DNA of 53,591 nt from Octopus bimaculoides (GCF_001194135.2 NC_068992.1:26958786-27012376), one strand, 5' to 3'; counted from the first letter of the stretch, positions 37,040 to 52,275 are shown. A program made the numbers and translations. The notes: generated from the sequence alone by a model not told the origin.

Positions 37040-37490
37040 AAAATTCGATTGTTTCTTATCCTCATAGTACCGGGTTCAGTCCCATTGCGTGGCATCTTAG
37101 GCAAGTGTCTTCTACTATAGCCTCGGGCCGACCAAAGCCTTGTGAGTGAGCTTAGTAGACGGAAACCAAAAGAATCCCTTGCTATATATGTGTTTGTGTG
37201 TATGTGTGCGTGCGTGCGTGCGTGCGTGCGNNNNNNNNNNNNNNNNNNNNNNNNNNNNNNNNNNNNNNNNNNNNNNNNNNNNNNNNNNNNNNNNNNNNNN
37301 NNNNNNNNNNNNNNNTGTGTGCGTGCGTATTTGTGTCCGTGTTTGTCCCCACCACTGCTTGACAACCGGCGCTGGTGCATTTGCATCCCAACAACTTAGA
37401 GACTCGGTGAAAGAGAACTATACAACAAGTACCAGGCTTTAAACAAATAATTACTGGGATCAATGCGTTCGACTAAAATGCCAATCTACG
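37040..37490 (+). mobile_element. SINE family C, near full length, with internal (GCGT)n and gap
   Basis: GGGTTCAGTCCCATTGCGTGGCATCTTAGGCAAGTGTCTTCTACTATAGCCTCGGGCCGACCAAAGCCTTGTGAGTG (CORE/V-like GGCAAGT block), then AAGTACCAGGCTTT tail. Confidence 0.8.
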
Positions 37491-39699
37491 TTTATTTCTA
37501 CATTGTTTCAGATGTCATGTTGTAAGAGTTTATGAATATACGTTGTTCAGTAACTATTCATTACTCATCATCAACTGACCAATATGGAGGGTGAAGGGAA
37601 CATACAGGAGCACGTGGATGATTACATTGACTGCTACATTATTTTTGCGACGGCAGATGCATGAAAGACAAGGTCGACCTAAGAAAGATTTGAACTCAGA
37701 GTTAAATTTGCCTAAGTAAACGTATTAAGCTATTTCCTCCAACTCATACATTTTTTTGCCAATCTACTGTCTCCATGCTATATTTCGATTATATCTACTT
37801 ACCCGTGAAAAAAAGAGTATCAGATAAAGTTAACTAAAACTGCACATGAAATTGTAAAATTCTATCAGTAAAAATAGAAAAAAAATATTCACATTCATAA
37901 ATTATTTAAAACTTGATGCAAAAGCAGCAAAACCCGCAAGCCATACGTACTACTTGGAATTGGTTGCAAATGTGTCGTTCGTTTCAAAGACAACTAATTC
38001 TAAGAATATGCGTGATAAATAGTAACAGAACAATAAATCTGACACAACATTTTGCTATGCCAAAATCGTTCGTTACAAAGGAATTGCTATTTACAGGCGA
38101 TGCCTTTCAATCGTAAAAGAACAATAAAAACTATGAAATGTTTAATACATACGTATTTAACAAACAAGGAAAATATACTGCATTATCTCACTTGATAATG
38201 CTAACGACAATGCATGGGGACACTGACGGAAACAGGAAATGCATCAGGTTTGCTGTCGCTTCTTGAAAAGAAACCATCATGCGACTTACTCGCTTATAAA
38301 TTTATTGTTTTGTGTTAACGTATAACAGCTAATGATAAAGAAATATATTGTTGATAAATTACAGCACCGTAGCTACCAATATATCACAAATATATCGGTT
38401 ATATACCAGGAGATAAACTCTAAAAAATCAAGCTTTCAGCGTATTTAATCTACCATTATTTAATGTAATGTATTAATGCAGTAACTGTGGAAAATGACGG
38501 GGTTACCTTATGCCTTCTTCCAATGTTTCGTAATTTTTCTCATCTAAGCCTTGTTTCATTTCCTTTGACATCTGAAATTAAACTTTCAATACGTTTAATC
38601 ATTCAACATTTATGTCTTATTTGTGTCCTTGTTTGATAATTCAATTTCAAGTTTTGCTTCATTCGCTTTTTGCTGCACAGCTGGTTTCACTTGTTGCTTA
38701 CAGGCTGACTGCTTGCTCCATCTTTCTCAATTCCTTTCAAGCTTTCCTTCTTCCACCTATGTATGTATCTATACAATACACTCCGTTCTTTCTATTTCTC
38801 CCACGTCTTACTTCCTCATCTCACTTCTTCCTCTCTATACTCTATTTCACACATGCACTATCTCTTTCTCCTTCCTGTACTACTTAAATTCGCCCGTCTT
38901 CTCCATCCTTCACTATATTTCACTATCTACTCAACTGATTGCTGCATAGGTTCTCTCTCTCTCTCTTTTTCTCTCTGTCTCATTATCTCTTTCTCTCTCT
39001 CCATCCTGTGCGCACTCTATCTCTATCTCTACCTCTNNNNNNNNNNNNNNNNNNNNNNNNNNNNNNNNNNNNNNNNNNNNNNNNNNNNNNNNNNNNNNNN
39101 NNNNNNNNNNNNNNNNNNNNNNNNNNNNNNNNNNNNNNNNNNNNNNNNNNNNNNNNNNNNNNNNNNNNNNNNNNNNNNNNNNNNNNNNNNNNNNNATCTC
39201 ACTTCTTCCTCTCTATACTCTATTTCACACATGCACTATCTCTTTCTCCTTCCTGTACTACTTAAATTCGCCCGTCTTCTCCATCCTTCACTATATTTCA
39301 CTATCTACTCAACTGATTGCTGCATAGGTTCTCTCTCTCTCTCTTTTTCTCTCTGTCTCATTATCTCTTTCTCTCTCTCCATCCTGTGCGCACTCTATCT
39401 CTATCTCTACCTCTCTTTCGCTCTCTTTCCTACTTAGTCAATCCCTCACCTACCTATCCCTCAAATCTATCACTCTTTATAATAGTTTCTTTCACTCTCT
39501 TCCAACTCTCTTTATGATTGTCTCTCTTTCACTTTTCCTTATCATAACGATGTGTACATTTAGTATTAGCACCTTCCGAGACACTAAAACGTGAATGGCA
39601 TTCACAGAGTGATTTTCTCTTGGAGAACAATTTTCTCCCAATAGTATAGACACGCAAAAATAAATTCAAAGATGCCCAAATCATACTCATCATTTTTTA

Positions 39700-40010
39700 A
39701 GCAGTAGACATTCTAGGTTACATATACTAGATACACATGCCTCCTTCTTATGTCCATAACAGTACAGTTTGCTGTGCGTTTTGGCTACTATTACTTGCAC
39801 GTCGATTATTCAGTAATCTACTTCTTCACGGTAGGGGAGGGGTGGTCCTTCCCCTGTTGTATAGGGATTGCTGGAAAAGGTTCACATGTGCAGGACCTGT
39901 TTAAGAGTAGGTTACCACTAGACTAGCTCTGCAAGTCAATTGGCAACTGCATCGAGGTTTCTTCTGTAGCTCTTATAATAGAGCAAAAGATAAAAATTTA
40001 ACAGCAATTT
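39700..40010 (-). pseudogene. Possible CR1/L2-type RT C-terminal relic
   Basis: EENLDAVAN*L..KQVLH..EEVDY only loosely matches the LQ.DLD.L..W..K..VLH pattern. Confidence 0.25.
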
Positions 40011-41659
40011 TTATGATAACTAACCACGTCAAGGTAAAATGATTTGTTATTGTGTTGGTGACTGTATAGCTGTTCTCATCGGTGTCATTAGTGACTAATG
40101 CTTGTTCGAAAGTCTTCTTAAGCAGCATTTAATCGTCTTTGGTAAATCTATTCTTAAACTGGCCTCATATGTCTTATAATTCATCTCAAGGCAGACTCAA
40201 TGTATTTTTCACTTTCCAGTCAATACAAACAGCCCAACATTTATTCGGCTACCGTTCTTTCAATTATTTGAAGAGCTAAACGTGTATAACTGAAACTACT
40301 ACTACAACACACACACACATCCATACAAAGATACACACATGAATGTGTGTGTATATGTGTGTGTCTATTGTGTGGGGTGTACATATTGTGTAGGTATTTA
40401 GGGTTAAAATTGACGATGAAACACTGATTGGAGAAGAACTTTATCCAACTCATGTGGAGCAGTAATGCATGCACCTGTATCAGTTATTTTCGGAAAGTTA
40501 GACTCCATAATTAATTTTACCAAGAATCAGATACAATTGGCTACTAACAGCCTCAATCGCTATTCATGCTGTTTTTAATCAGAGAGCAAATAATACAGCC
40601 CCTGCTACACTCACAGGCAATTTGAACCTAAAATTGCAACGGCCAGCTTCTCGAAAACATTTCTTTGGTTGTACAGAAACCTATCATTTTCCATCACTAT
40701 GTTATATCTGTTTCTTGCTTTAGATAACGGACCTTTGATTGTACGAACGAAGCTTAACAAAATGCAATCTCAATTAGCCAAGGAAAAGCATACGGGTTAG
40801 TGTGCATGGTTTTGAGCAATGTGTATGAATCCTGCAAACGAACAAAGCAGGTTTCATACACACCTGCGCATATATTTGTGCAACAGTACATTAAGTGAAG
40901 AAAAACGAGGATTAAGATAGGGATATTGACAGTGACGTTAATCCGTTGTTAGTTGTGGAATAGTAAAAGCAGGAGGAGAGTGCTGAAGTCATGAAGAGTT
41001 ATATGTAGTCAGGTTATGGTCCGAATAAACATGCAATCTTGAAAATTAAGAGACTACGCCAGAACTGTTTCAAGTCGTGGATGCTGAAAGAAAAACTCTG
41101 ATTGGTAGCGCAATGCGGAAAACCCAGTTGCTAAATATGTGATAGCAAAGTCCGGTTGCATTTTTCTGCCCATAGGAGTAGCAAATCGAAAGGAAAGGAT
41201 AGCAACAATAGAAACATCAATAAGTCCCAATAAATTGTGGTGTTGTGAAAGCGCTAACGGAAAATCGCCGAATTTTCAAAAGGAAAATATTCTGCATTTA
41301 GTGCCAGAATTCGACGAGGCGGCTGTGAATCGCTTCTCTACTATAATATTCACCTGTGAGAATGAGTAGAATGCAGAGGGAGATTTGGTCACAGGAACGT
41401 CAACCGCAGCAGATGCCAGCCTCATGAGCTCTCCGGTTAAAACGTCTTGAGATGATGACGAAAATCACACTCTCCAGTATCAAAAACTATGTACCTGCTC
41501 ACTTTAACATACAGAGCAGCGACATCTCATTATCTCATTGGCTTGTTTCGAGAAGGCGTTGGTGATAGTGAAACAAGTTCCAAACTGTCTGTGATGGTGC
41601 AAAGAAGAAAAACAAAACTCCAGAAAAAAAAGAACCCAGCAAAAACAATTGAATCATTC

Positions 41660-42226
41660 CAATTCCATAGAAATAATTTCCACCCTTGTGTTCCACAATC
41701 TCTACATCTCTCTAAATAGTCCTCCTATACTTCCCCAATGTTCTCAGTTACCTTGACACTCTAGTGTCATACACACCGAAAAGTCAATGATCTTACACTG
41801 ATCTTTTTATCTTCCACGATCATAGCTAGTTTCCTTGCATTAATAGTATGATCAGTCTCTATGGAGAAATCCGATAAAATCTTGTAATTATGATTCATCA
41901 TGACAGCTTCTGGCTCTTGTTCATACAAATTTTCTGTGACTTCAAATCCATAAACTTGACTAACATCCAAATACAATCTTTTACCGACAGTCATGTCAAA
42001 GTTTAAACGATTCTTGTGCATTCTCTTACTACAAGTTAGTTAAAATTTTCATCTCCCTTTTCCAGTCATTCATCTTTTGCTGTCAGAAAGAATTTTATCA
42101 ACCTTTTTCTTCATCGAATTCGCTCTTACAGCTTATTCTTGCCTGGCTATAACTAACGATTCCATTTTCTGTTTCAGGTTTTCATATCCTAGCCATAACC
42201 TGTTTTCTTCACTTCCAACGTCCTCG
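41660..42226 (-). pseudogene. R4/Dong-like REL retrotransposon 3' coding fragment, copy 1
   Basis: LWLGYENLKQKMESLVIARQE*AVRAN..YGFEVTENLYEQEPEAVMMNHNYKILSDFSIETDHTINARK..YDTRV..GKY..RLWNTRVEII. Confidence 0.82.
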
Positions 42227-42291
42227 ATGAATTAAATTGAATTGAAGATTTTATTAATATTATTATTATTATTATCATTGTTGTTGTTGTT

Positions 42292-42930
<639 letters not shown>

Positions 42931-42935
42931 TGGAT

Positions 42936-42994
<59 letters not shown>

Positions 42995-42996
42995 GT

Positions 42997-43508
42997 TCAG
43001 TAATTTTATTTTTATAACGTGCTTTCACTTCACTACCGAGCGCAGCTCTGTGCGCCTTGGGTATGTGCTGTAGTTTGCTGTGATGCTCTTATGATTATTG
43101 TATTGAAAGTGTTTTNNNNNNNNNNNNNNNNNNNNNNNNNNNNNNNNNNNNNNNNNNNNNNNNNNNNNNNNNNNNNNNNNNNNNNNNNNNNNNNNNNNNN
43201 NNNNNNNNNNNNNNNNNNNNNNNNNNNNNNNNNNNNNNNNNNNNNNNGTCTATTTGCCTTAATTTCTCTATCTGTGTGTATTGGCATATCCCAGAGTATG
43301 GTTGCTTTCTCGTTTTCTGTGACCTTTTCTGGAGTGTGTTTGTACCATCTTTTTTCTGTTATTCCATAGTGTTGGCATAGCTTCCAGTGTATATAGATCC
43401 CAGCTCTGTCGTGTCTGTGAATATATTCCTTCTTAGCCAGGACTGGGCAGCCAGAGATAACATGATTTATTGTTTCTTGTCCATCTCCACATATTCTACA
43501 GTTACTTG

Positions 43509-43510
<2 letters not shown>
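42997..43510 (-). mobile_element. R4/Dong-like REL retrotransposon 3' end, copy 3 (gap inside)
   Basis: Intact CCHC C-RI-C-GDGQETIN-H-VISG-C at 43447-43500, KEYIHRHD, ILWDMPIHTDREIKANR; same 3' UTR as copy 2. Confidence 0.9.
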
Positions 43511-43567
<57 letters not shown>

Positions 43568-43802
43568 CATTGTTACTATTATCATTATTATTATTATTAT
43601 CATCATTATTATTATTTTTTTCATTATCTTCATCATCATCATCATCATCATCATCAGTACGCTATATCTTTATTATTATTTTATTTATTATCATTATTTT
43701 TACTTTATATGATTATTTTATTTATATAAATTCATTATTATTTCATTTATATAATTATTATCTTATTTAAATTAGTATCATTATTACTATTATCGTCATT
43801 AC

Positions 43803-43842
<40 letters not shown>
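43511..43842. repeat. (ATT)/(ATC) compound microsatellite
   Basis: Direct reading. Confidence 0.92.
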
Positions 43843-43843
<1 letters not shown>

Positions 43844-44844
43844 GTTTATATAGGACTGAAGTAACTCAACAGAAGTTATATAGAGAGAAGAGTTCTTTAC
43901 TTGTATACGATTGACACAATCCATCATTCAGGTAAACATAGCTGACGTAATCCATCACCAAGGCAAACTTAATGACGAAAAGCGCGACTCGAAAGCAACA
44001 GTTATTTATTCGTAGTTGAACTCTACTTCGACATCTTGTGTACCTTCCACAGGTTCAAAATAAACATGTCAGTCTAATTCATTTTTTTTTTAGTTTATAT
44101 AGGACTGAAGTAACTCAACAGAAGTTATATAGATATAGAGAGAAGGAATGGGTTGCGTGTGGTAAGGTAAGGGCTAGAAAAAGGGTTTAGAGGGACCAAA
44201 GGGTTAGTTACTTGCCAATAAGGTGATCTTAAAGAGAAAATTGACAAACTTGTCAATGGCCTGGACAAGAAGGCATATAACATGGTATCTCACTAGTAGA
44301 TTTAGAAATGCCATTAGCTTGGTTTGTGCGGTATTCTGAACAATAAACAGGAGATTTGATATCATGTAAGCAACAGCAATTTAAGTAAAATTATTTTGCT
44401 AGGTGAAACTACAAACATTTGCAAAGGAAAAACAACTTCGACAAATGTCACACACACTCATCAATGCTTTTGCAAACTTCTTGCATATTAATAAGAAAAA
44501 AAATACAGTTATTTGCATAATAGTTACAGCGGCTTCGTTATGTTAAAAAATTCAAATATAAATTCATTTTAATATACTACCAATAAAATACTTGACATTT
44601 ACCATATTTAATAAATTCAGTTGAAAAGATTTCGTACGAGGAATTATACATTTAATCTGTTTTATTCACTTTAATGAGACAAATGAATTGCTATTATAAA
44701 TATTCACGTAGACATAACAACATAAAAAATACAGACAAAAAACACATCTATGATTTTAAAACTTAATTCTATAAATGTCATGTGTAGAACAAGTAAAATT
44801 TATCAATGATGAATATGTATTACATGCTACGCATTAGTCAATGA

Positions 44845-44902
<58 letters not shown>

Positions 44903-47162
44903 NNNNNNNNNNNNNNNNNNNNNNNNNNNNNNNNNNNNNNNNNNNNNNNNNNNNNNNNNNNNNNNNNNNNNNNNNNNNNNNNNNNNNNNNNNNNNNNNNN
45001 NNNNNNNNNNNNNNNNNNNNNNNNNNNNNNNNNNNNNNNNNNNNNNNNNNNNNNNNNNNNNNNNNNNNNNNNNNNNNNNNNNNNNNNNNNNNNNNNNNNN
45101 NNNNNNNNNNNNNNNNNNNNNNNNNNNNNNNNNNNNNNNNNNNNNNNNNNNNNNNNNNNNNNNNNNNNNNNNNNNNNNNNNNNNNNNTGTGTGTGTATGC
45201 ATATAATGATAAAGTAGTGAGTTGCCAACGAAAGGTAAAAGCAAATGGTATTTCTCTAGCTTAGACAGGACTCGTATAGATAACGCAAAAGTGACGATAA
45301 TCGATTAATAAAGTATATTACATGATGTATCTAATGCATTTAATCCTATATCGAAGTAAGGTAGAAATTCCAATAAGATGACTTCTACTGTATAATTCCA
45401 GAAAATAACAACAAAAGTTGCTTATCTTGCGATAATTGAGTGAGTATGTGGAAGGAATGGAATAGGTAGTTGTGCATTACACTAGTTTTAAAAAAAACTG
45501 GATGCAAATTATGTAATTTTAAGGTGTTCCATAATTATTCAGTGTTCTTTATTTATTATGTACTTGACATCTGTCACTTAGAAATCATTTGCTTTAACGA
45601 AGTCTCCAAGAGAAACTGGAAAATAGTTGTAGATTTCAACAGTCGAAAGCGGGAATGAAAAAGGAATTGTTCATGTAACAAATCCTACACGCGGTTGGTT
45701 ATTTCTTCTACCACAAATAGACATTTTGTATTTAGTTTTTTACACGAATTATGAAACAATACTAACGCATCAGTACTCGAATCGGCATTATCCGTCAAAA
45801 CACTTGAAGGTAGTGCTCCAGCCTGTTGTTTTTCAATCACAGAAGCGAATTATGGAAAACGGGAATGAAACGTTTGAAACTCTGTTGTCGCAATTTCTTA
45901 AGTATAATGTGCACTAGTTTATCAATTTACTTCCAATATATCGATTAAGAATTGGTCTATAGGGTGGAGCCTCTATTTATTTTGTTTTATATATTACTAT
46001 CTCTTTTTCAGTTAATACTTCAGAATATGGGATATGGCACATTACTTAAACACTGAGATCAGAATTCCTTGTGGCATAAACCGAATCACAATACTCACCA
46101 TTTTCTATTTCTTACAGGGCATTTAATTCACATTTTGTTGTACATAAACTTATCTAACGATGTTCTGTTAAATACACGACAAAACTGTGATGTTAAGGAA
46201 TCAGCAATGGAGCTACATACTTCAAATTTACCCCCCTCCACTACCTTCATAGTGTATTGAGTGTCTTCTACTGAAGCCTTAAAAGAAATTTGCTAGACGG
46301 AAATTTAGTAGAACTTTTTCTTTCCTGCCCTTGTGTGGTAGACTTAATCCTTCACCAGATTTAACTACTAACTGATCCACACTTTGGTCAGGTCACTGTT
46401 TTTGATAAACCCAATTCGCAATAATCTAAGCGTCGTTACATTTTGAAGTAGTTAAAACACTACCCGTTCTATCTTACATACCTTATACCTGAATATAAGT
46501 TGGTGTTGTCATGGCTGGATTGCTTTTGATCATAGGTCTTATATATAAGAGCTAATTTGAAGCTAAGGAACAATAAAAACACCAAGAGCATCTGAAAACA
46601 TTGAGGGAGCACCCAAGTGGTTACTAGTCCAACAAGAAATAGCAGCTCAGTTCACTTCATATCACTTTTTGACATACAAAATCATAAATGTATAACGTAA
46701 TCCTAAACAATGATGCAGTTTCTGAAATTAATCGGCCGTTACTGTGAATAAGTCATTTTATTATAGGACCTGCGACTAGACAATAAGCAAGACAATGATC
46801 CAGTATGAGCTGATATGGATATGTTACCAATAGGCTTTTTTTCCATCACAGTGCCATTTAAGCAACTTTTTCAACATGCATTATCTACAATTCACAAGTA
46901 AAGAGCTTTTATTTGACAAGGAAAGAACTTTTATTTAACATTCAAATACGATTAACAGAGTCTTATTCAAGTAAGCGCAGACACATTATTATATGTTACA
47001 GCATTGAAAAGACTGGTATGTCTATTAGGCCATTGTATAATTGTCAATCTTCATGAGAACAATCAGTAAATAACTCTACATAATATATTCTTTCACACAA
47101 ATGATATAAGCAACATTTACAACATATAACATAGACCTGCATTTAAATGCACACACTACAAG

Positions 47163-47201
<39 letters not shown>

Positions 47202-48136
47202 ACATGCCAACTGGTGGCCAAATAAATTAACCAGGTTTCATTTTGTAAACTGGAATGTTAAAGCGTAATATAAAATGCAGTTTAAATGAGTTGCTCCAAA
47301 CACTATGATAATTCATCTGCATCTCAAAGTAACACTTATACATGAAACACGGATTTTAGAACGTTTTAAGTAAACAAAGCTTCGGAAATTTCAGATTTGA
47401 TATTTTAGGCTTGAGAATTAAGTGTCAGTAAATACATCAGAAATGAGAATTGTACGTACAGAAAATGGATGGAAAAGCTGTGTTAAATTGGCTTTAAAAA
47501 TAAAAGCAAATATGATTTAAAGTTAATATTTATCCTCGGCTAAACAAAGATGTTTTATTAGTACAAACTATAGTTTGGTAATAAGCTTGAGAGAAACTCT
47601 CATAATGGTTTTTGGTGCAAGATGCGCACTTTTTTATAACGATGGCCGGGAGATAAGTGCCAGCCACTGCTAGCGCCGAAAGCTCTGTCGCTAATAAATA
47701 TTTTATATCTTAAAGGTAATTCAACATGTCTAGAAGGTGTCTTTTAATTAGTAGTGTATAAGACGTTTCTTTTAATGCGTAAATCAAAAGTTTCGTGTAA
47801 TTAGTTTTAATTCCAGCTTGGAAAACTTTATTAAATCAAGTTATTTCCTTTTGTGTTAGATATGCTTTCAAAGAAAAGAAATTTCATGTTGATGTGAATT
47901 TTTAAAATCGAATTACTCTTCTTACTGAAGTTGACAAAACGGATTCTTTAATCCAGAAGCCCCTGAAGAAGATTACCCTTATTTCTTTGTCTAACATAAA
48001 GAGAATAGATTTACATTTCTAGAAGACTAATTCTGTTGCACAGAGAAACAGAACCTGAAAAGTCAAAATTAGTGCATTTGGCAGTTTGTCAGGAAAAAGA
48101 AAGTAAGCCTGTTGCAATTGTCAGAAGAAAACTGAA

Positions 48137-48490
48137 AATACGACTGTTTCTAGAAAGACCATTACAAGTTAGTTGAAAGTCTCTTGGTTTACCTCAAAGG
48201 AATGTGCTAGAGAAACCCCGCCAACTATGTGAAATATCAAGGGCAAATTACACACTCTGTCCATATATGATATGATTCAACATGGTTTCAGAAAGGTTCC
48301 GAGCTTTGCTGGTATGACCCAGGTAATCGTTTTTGTAGAGCTGTTGAGAGACTGTTCTGCATAAAAAAAATTATCTGGGCCATAACAATTTGGGTATTAA
48401 TAAGATGGGATAATATTATGGTGTGTATCTGAAGGTGTCGGTAGGCATACAAGATGTTAACAGACGATTACTATCGATGAATACTTAAAA
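48137..48490 (+). pseudogene. Possible Tc1-like transposase relic
   Basis: NTTVSRKTITS*LK..F, then ~270 nt later IMV..(S)EGVG..T.D.YL; order and spacing fit Tc1 TVS..TI and MVWG..GVG motifs; heavily decayed. Confidence 0.35.
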
Positions 48491-48859
48491 GTCAAGCTCT
48501 GTTAAAAATATGAATACTGAATGAGCTCAACGATTATCTAGCAGACGAGCACGAGAACATAAAAATAAAAATGAACAGTAAACTCGTGTGCGATAAGATT
48601 ACTTGTCAAAACATCTTTCAATAAGAAGGGTAGAAGCGGCTTCTAGTCTGTGGTAAAGGCTACCTAACTGCATTGTCTTCCTATTTATATTGTGGAGTTA
48701 AGAAAGAAGAAAGTATTTAGAAAAGGTGCATTCATTAGATTACTCTTAAGGTTATTTTGCAAGTTCATGCTATTACTACATTTGAATTATTTCTTTTAAC
48801 ACTTTTTATTTTGAATCGGTACCCTTCAACTTTCAATGGTTAAACCCAGCAAAGACTAT

Positions 48860-48910
<51 letters not shown>

Positions 48911-48912
<2 letters not shown>

Positions 48913-49102
48913 GTGGCTTGAGTAAAACAAAATATAGGAGGATCAGTTATGATTTCATTCAATAAATTCCTCACTAAAGCTCCTACACTTATCGCAGTGG
49001 CCCTTCAGTTTTTCTAAGCCCTGTAAAAGAACTAGGTAGGTTGGGCCTCCAACCATGCCTTTCGTGATACCTTTAAAGCAAGGAAGTTTTCATCACCCTC
49101 GT
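48911..49102 (-). mobile_element. Mariner-derived MITE / deletion derivative
   Basis: TIR-like ACGAGGGTGATGAAAACTTCC, then WLEAQP.*FF and QGLEKLKGHCDKC..EEFIE*, matching mariner transposase C-termini; other end lost in (TA)n. Confidence 0.6.
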
Positions 49103-50365
49103 GTGTTATTGACGTAATGACCCTCCCAAAATACAAGATTTGTTTTTCAACACACGAATTCGTTGAAGAATCTTTCAAACGAAATAGAAAACGAAGTACG
49201 CATATACTTAATAGTTAAGAGTAAGCACTTACACACATGTATACATATTTACACTCTCATACATGTATATATGCACACATTGACATATAACTCAATATAC
49301 ACAGTCACACACAAACACACAATCACGTATACACACATACGCATGCATTGATGTGAATGAGGAATTAGCAGAACTTTAGAGATGAATAAGACTTATCACT
49401 GAGACAAAAGCAAAAACCTAGCGTGCTAAATAACAGGCATGGATTGAAACATTGGTTAACTTTGGTCACAATAACCAACTGATTTCTTTAAATTAATTTT
49501 GGGATGTGTTTTTCGATTCCTGTTCACAATGTTCCTACTTTTCGTGCACTTATATCCTTTTGGCAGAAACACATGAATGCGAAATAATAAAAATTCTTTT
49601 CTTTTTCTTTTCTTTTTTTTTTTTTGTTTTTCTCTTTTCACTTCTAATTGAGTTGCATGCTTAATTAGGAATCATTATTTTCAATAATTAATATCATTTA
49701 AACAATACGACATTGAGAAACAGAAATCGGCATATATTGAGTGGCTGGCACTGATCTGCCTAAATTTCACTAGTTTCGCCGTTGATAATTTCCGTTGACG
49801 GGAACTTTCTATAGTTTTCACTGAAAGAAATAATACTAAAACAAACATTAGAAATCAGCAGTGTTCAGGAATTAGTTCCAAATTTAGATTATTAAAACTA
49901 AAACTAATAACTGAGAAAAGACACGCGCTTAGGAAACAAAAATCAACCAAAACAAAACTAAAATAAATATTGTTTTCTTGTGTTATATTTTATTGGCGTG
50001 TTTAGATCTTTCTTTTCTTCAGATTTTGTTTCCTATCACTCATTGATTGCAATGTGGAATATCAATACAATGGCTAAATTTCGTTTTTATTTCTTCTTGT
50101 TTTTTGTTAGAATTTCTCACGGTATTTTTTGTTTTTGTTTTCAGTTCATTTTAAACATTATTCTATGTTTTCCTCCAGAAGTGGAAATTGTTTTCTAAAA
50201 GTTTGTTATGTATATCTTTTTTTTAAAGTTTTTCTAATTATTTATTTTATGTTATTCTCTTCTGGTTATTATTTAGTTGTTTCTGATATTGATAGTGTTT
50301 TGACGATTCTTCCTCATTTATTTTCTTTATTTAATCTTTATTATTTTTTATAAGTTTTTTAAAAA

Positions 50366-50410
<45 letters not shown>

Positions 50411-50539
50411 GTGTGATTGTGTGAGTGTGGGTGTAGTGAAGATGTTCTTTGTTTTATTTTTTTAAGGAAGGTTTACGCGAGCTAATGATGTTGTTTTATT
50501 TCGTCAATTATCTGAAGTACAAGCTCTGAAAAAGCAATG

Positions 50540-50550
50540 ATAATAATAAC

Positions 50551-50618
<68 letters not shown>

Positions 50619-50620
50619 GA
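50540..50620. repeat. (AAT)n microsatellite
   Basis: Direct reading. Confidence 0.97.
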
Positions 50621-51339
50621 TTGGCAACATACAAACACAAAACAATATAAAACATTATTTTAAAGTTCATGTTTGTGGTTATTTCAGTATTGTTATTTTT
50701 AATATTTGTTGTTGTTGCTAGTCTTTTTCTTCCCATCTTTTGTTTGTATTTTTAATACATTTTCTTATTATTATCCGACTTTCAAATAATTTCAATGTTT
50801 CCTTAATGACAACCAAGGAACATTCACTTTTGTTGCATATCGATATATTTTTTCTTCCTACTTCATATTAATTATGTTCTATATGGTAAAATGGCGAAAT
50901 ATTTATAAACACGTACAAAACAAATAAAATAAATGAATACCAAAGCACTAATTTTTCTCTTGTGTCTTGACCTTAAACAATGAAAAGCCGTTTTATGTTG
51001 TTTGTATACGAAATAGTTTTAGATATTAGTTGTGGCAACACTAAGCTAACTAGTTTTAAGTTTTCGAATTTAAACAAAATCACTAGAAATAGCGAAACTC
51101 ATTTTAATTTTCATTTTTCTCATTATGCTTTAGTCATTATTTAAGTTTCTGCTTCATAGTACTTTACTGTCTCGTGCAGCACTCACAACCAATTCAAATT
51201 ATTTTCTAGTTATAGATTGCCGCCATTGCGCTTTCTATTTGCCATTATTTCACTTTCTTCTTCTTAGATCGGCAAAATCATACTCCCTCACACACATACG
51301 CCCACACAAAAAAACATACGCACGCACACCTCCTCTCAT

Positions 51340-51521
51340 CACACGAACTTTTGGATTCTACCTTCTTTCCTTCCGGATCTACTCTTTCCGTATTCTTTCT
51401 GTTGAAGAGCGTAGCTCGAAACGTCAAAGACTTTCCGTATTCCCGAGCGTCATACTAATACATCCTTTTGTTATTTACACCACCTGTCCTCGTCTGTTGT
51501 TGTTTTTTCGTATATTCTCCC
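51340..51521 (+). mobile_element. HH-1 repeat, copy 2
   Basis: Near-identical to the reverse complement of 739-870; followed by (TA)n(GA)n. Confidence 0.75.
51394..51430 (+). ncRNA. Minimal type I hammerhead ribozyme-like motif, variant core CUGUUGA
   Basis: TCTTT CTGTTGA A GAG CGTAG CTC GAAA C GTC AAAGA; identical 37/37 to the reverse complement of 829-865. Confidence 0.65.
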
Positions 51522-51614
<93 letters not shown>

Positions 51615-51901
51615 CATATCTATATATGTATATATAGATATTTTGTTGTCTGGGGAAAGTCATAGTGCCAGATATGCGTGTCTGACTCTGTGTGTGTGTG
51701 AGTGTGTGTGTGTGTGTGTGTGTTTGTGTTTGTGTGTGTGTGTTTGTGTATTTGTGTGTGTAGATATATATCCGAGTTTGTATGATTGTGTATAGAAGAA
51801 TATATTAATCAATAAAATTTCAACTTCTATTCCAACGTTCTATTATTTACAATTTTACAATATTATAATAATAGAATATATTAGACAATCATCAGGTTTA
51901 T

Positions 51902-51932
51902 GTAGTAGTAGTAGTCGTAGTAGTAGTAGTAA

Positions 51933-52009
<77 letters not shown>

Positions 52010-52010
52010 A
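51902..52010. repeat. (TAG)n microsatellite
   Basis: Direct reading. Confidence 0.97.
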
Positions 52011-52275
52011 TGGTCGTGTTCCACAATTGACAAAGTTATGTGAATTCATGCTATTTTGCCATTTGAATTATTTCTTTCTGAATCGGTGCCATTCAAATTG
52101 TTCGATGGCTCAAACCAGCAACGAATATTTGAATACATATATACGTGTGGGTAGGTGTGTCTCCGTGTTTATGTGTGTGTGCGCGTGTGTGTGTGAATGT
52201 GTATGTGTGAATGCGTGTGTTATTATTGGCCTAGTGACTCTCCTAACGCTATCCAACAAAATTAAACGAAGTATG

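Noticed and set aside
38817-39416. 220-bp exact direct duplication
   Set aside because: Copies sit either side of the 39037-39196 gap: assembly overlap artefact.
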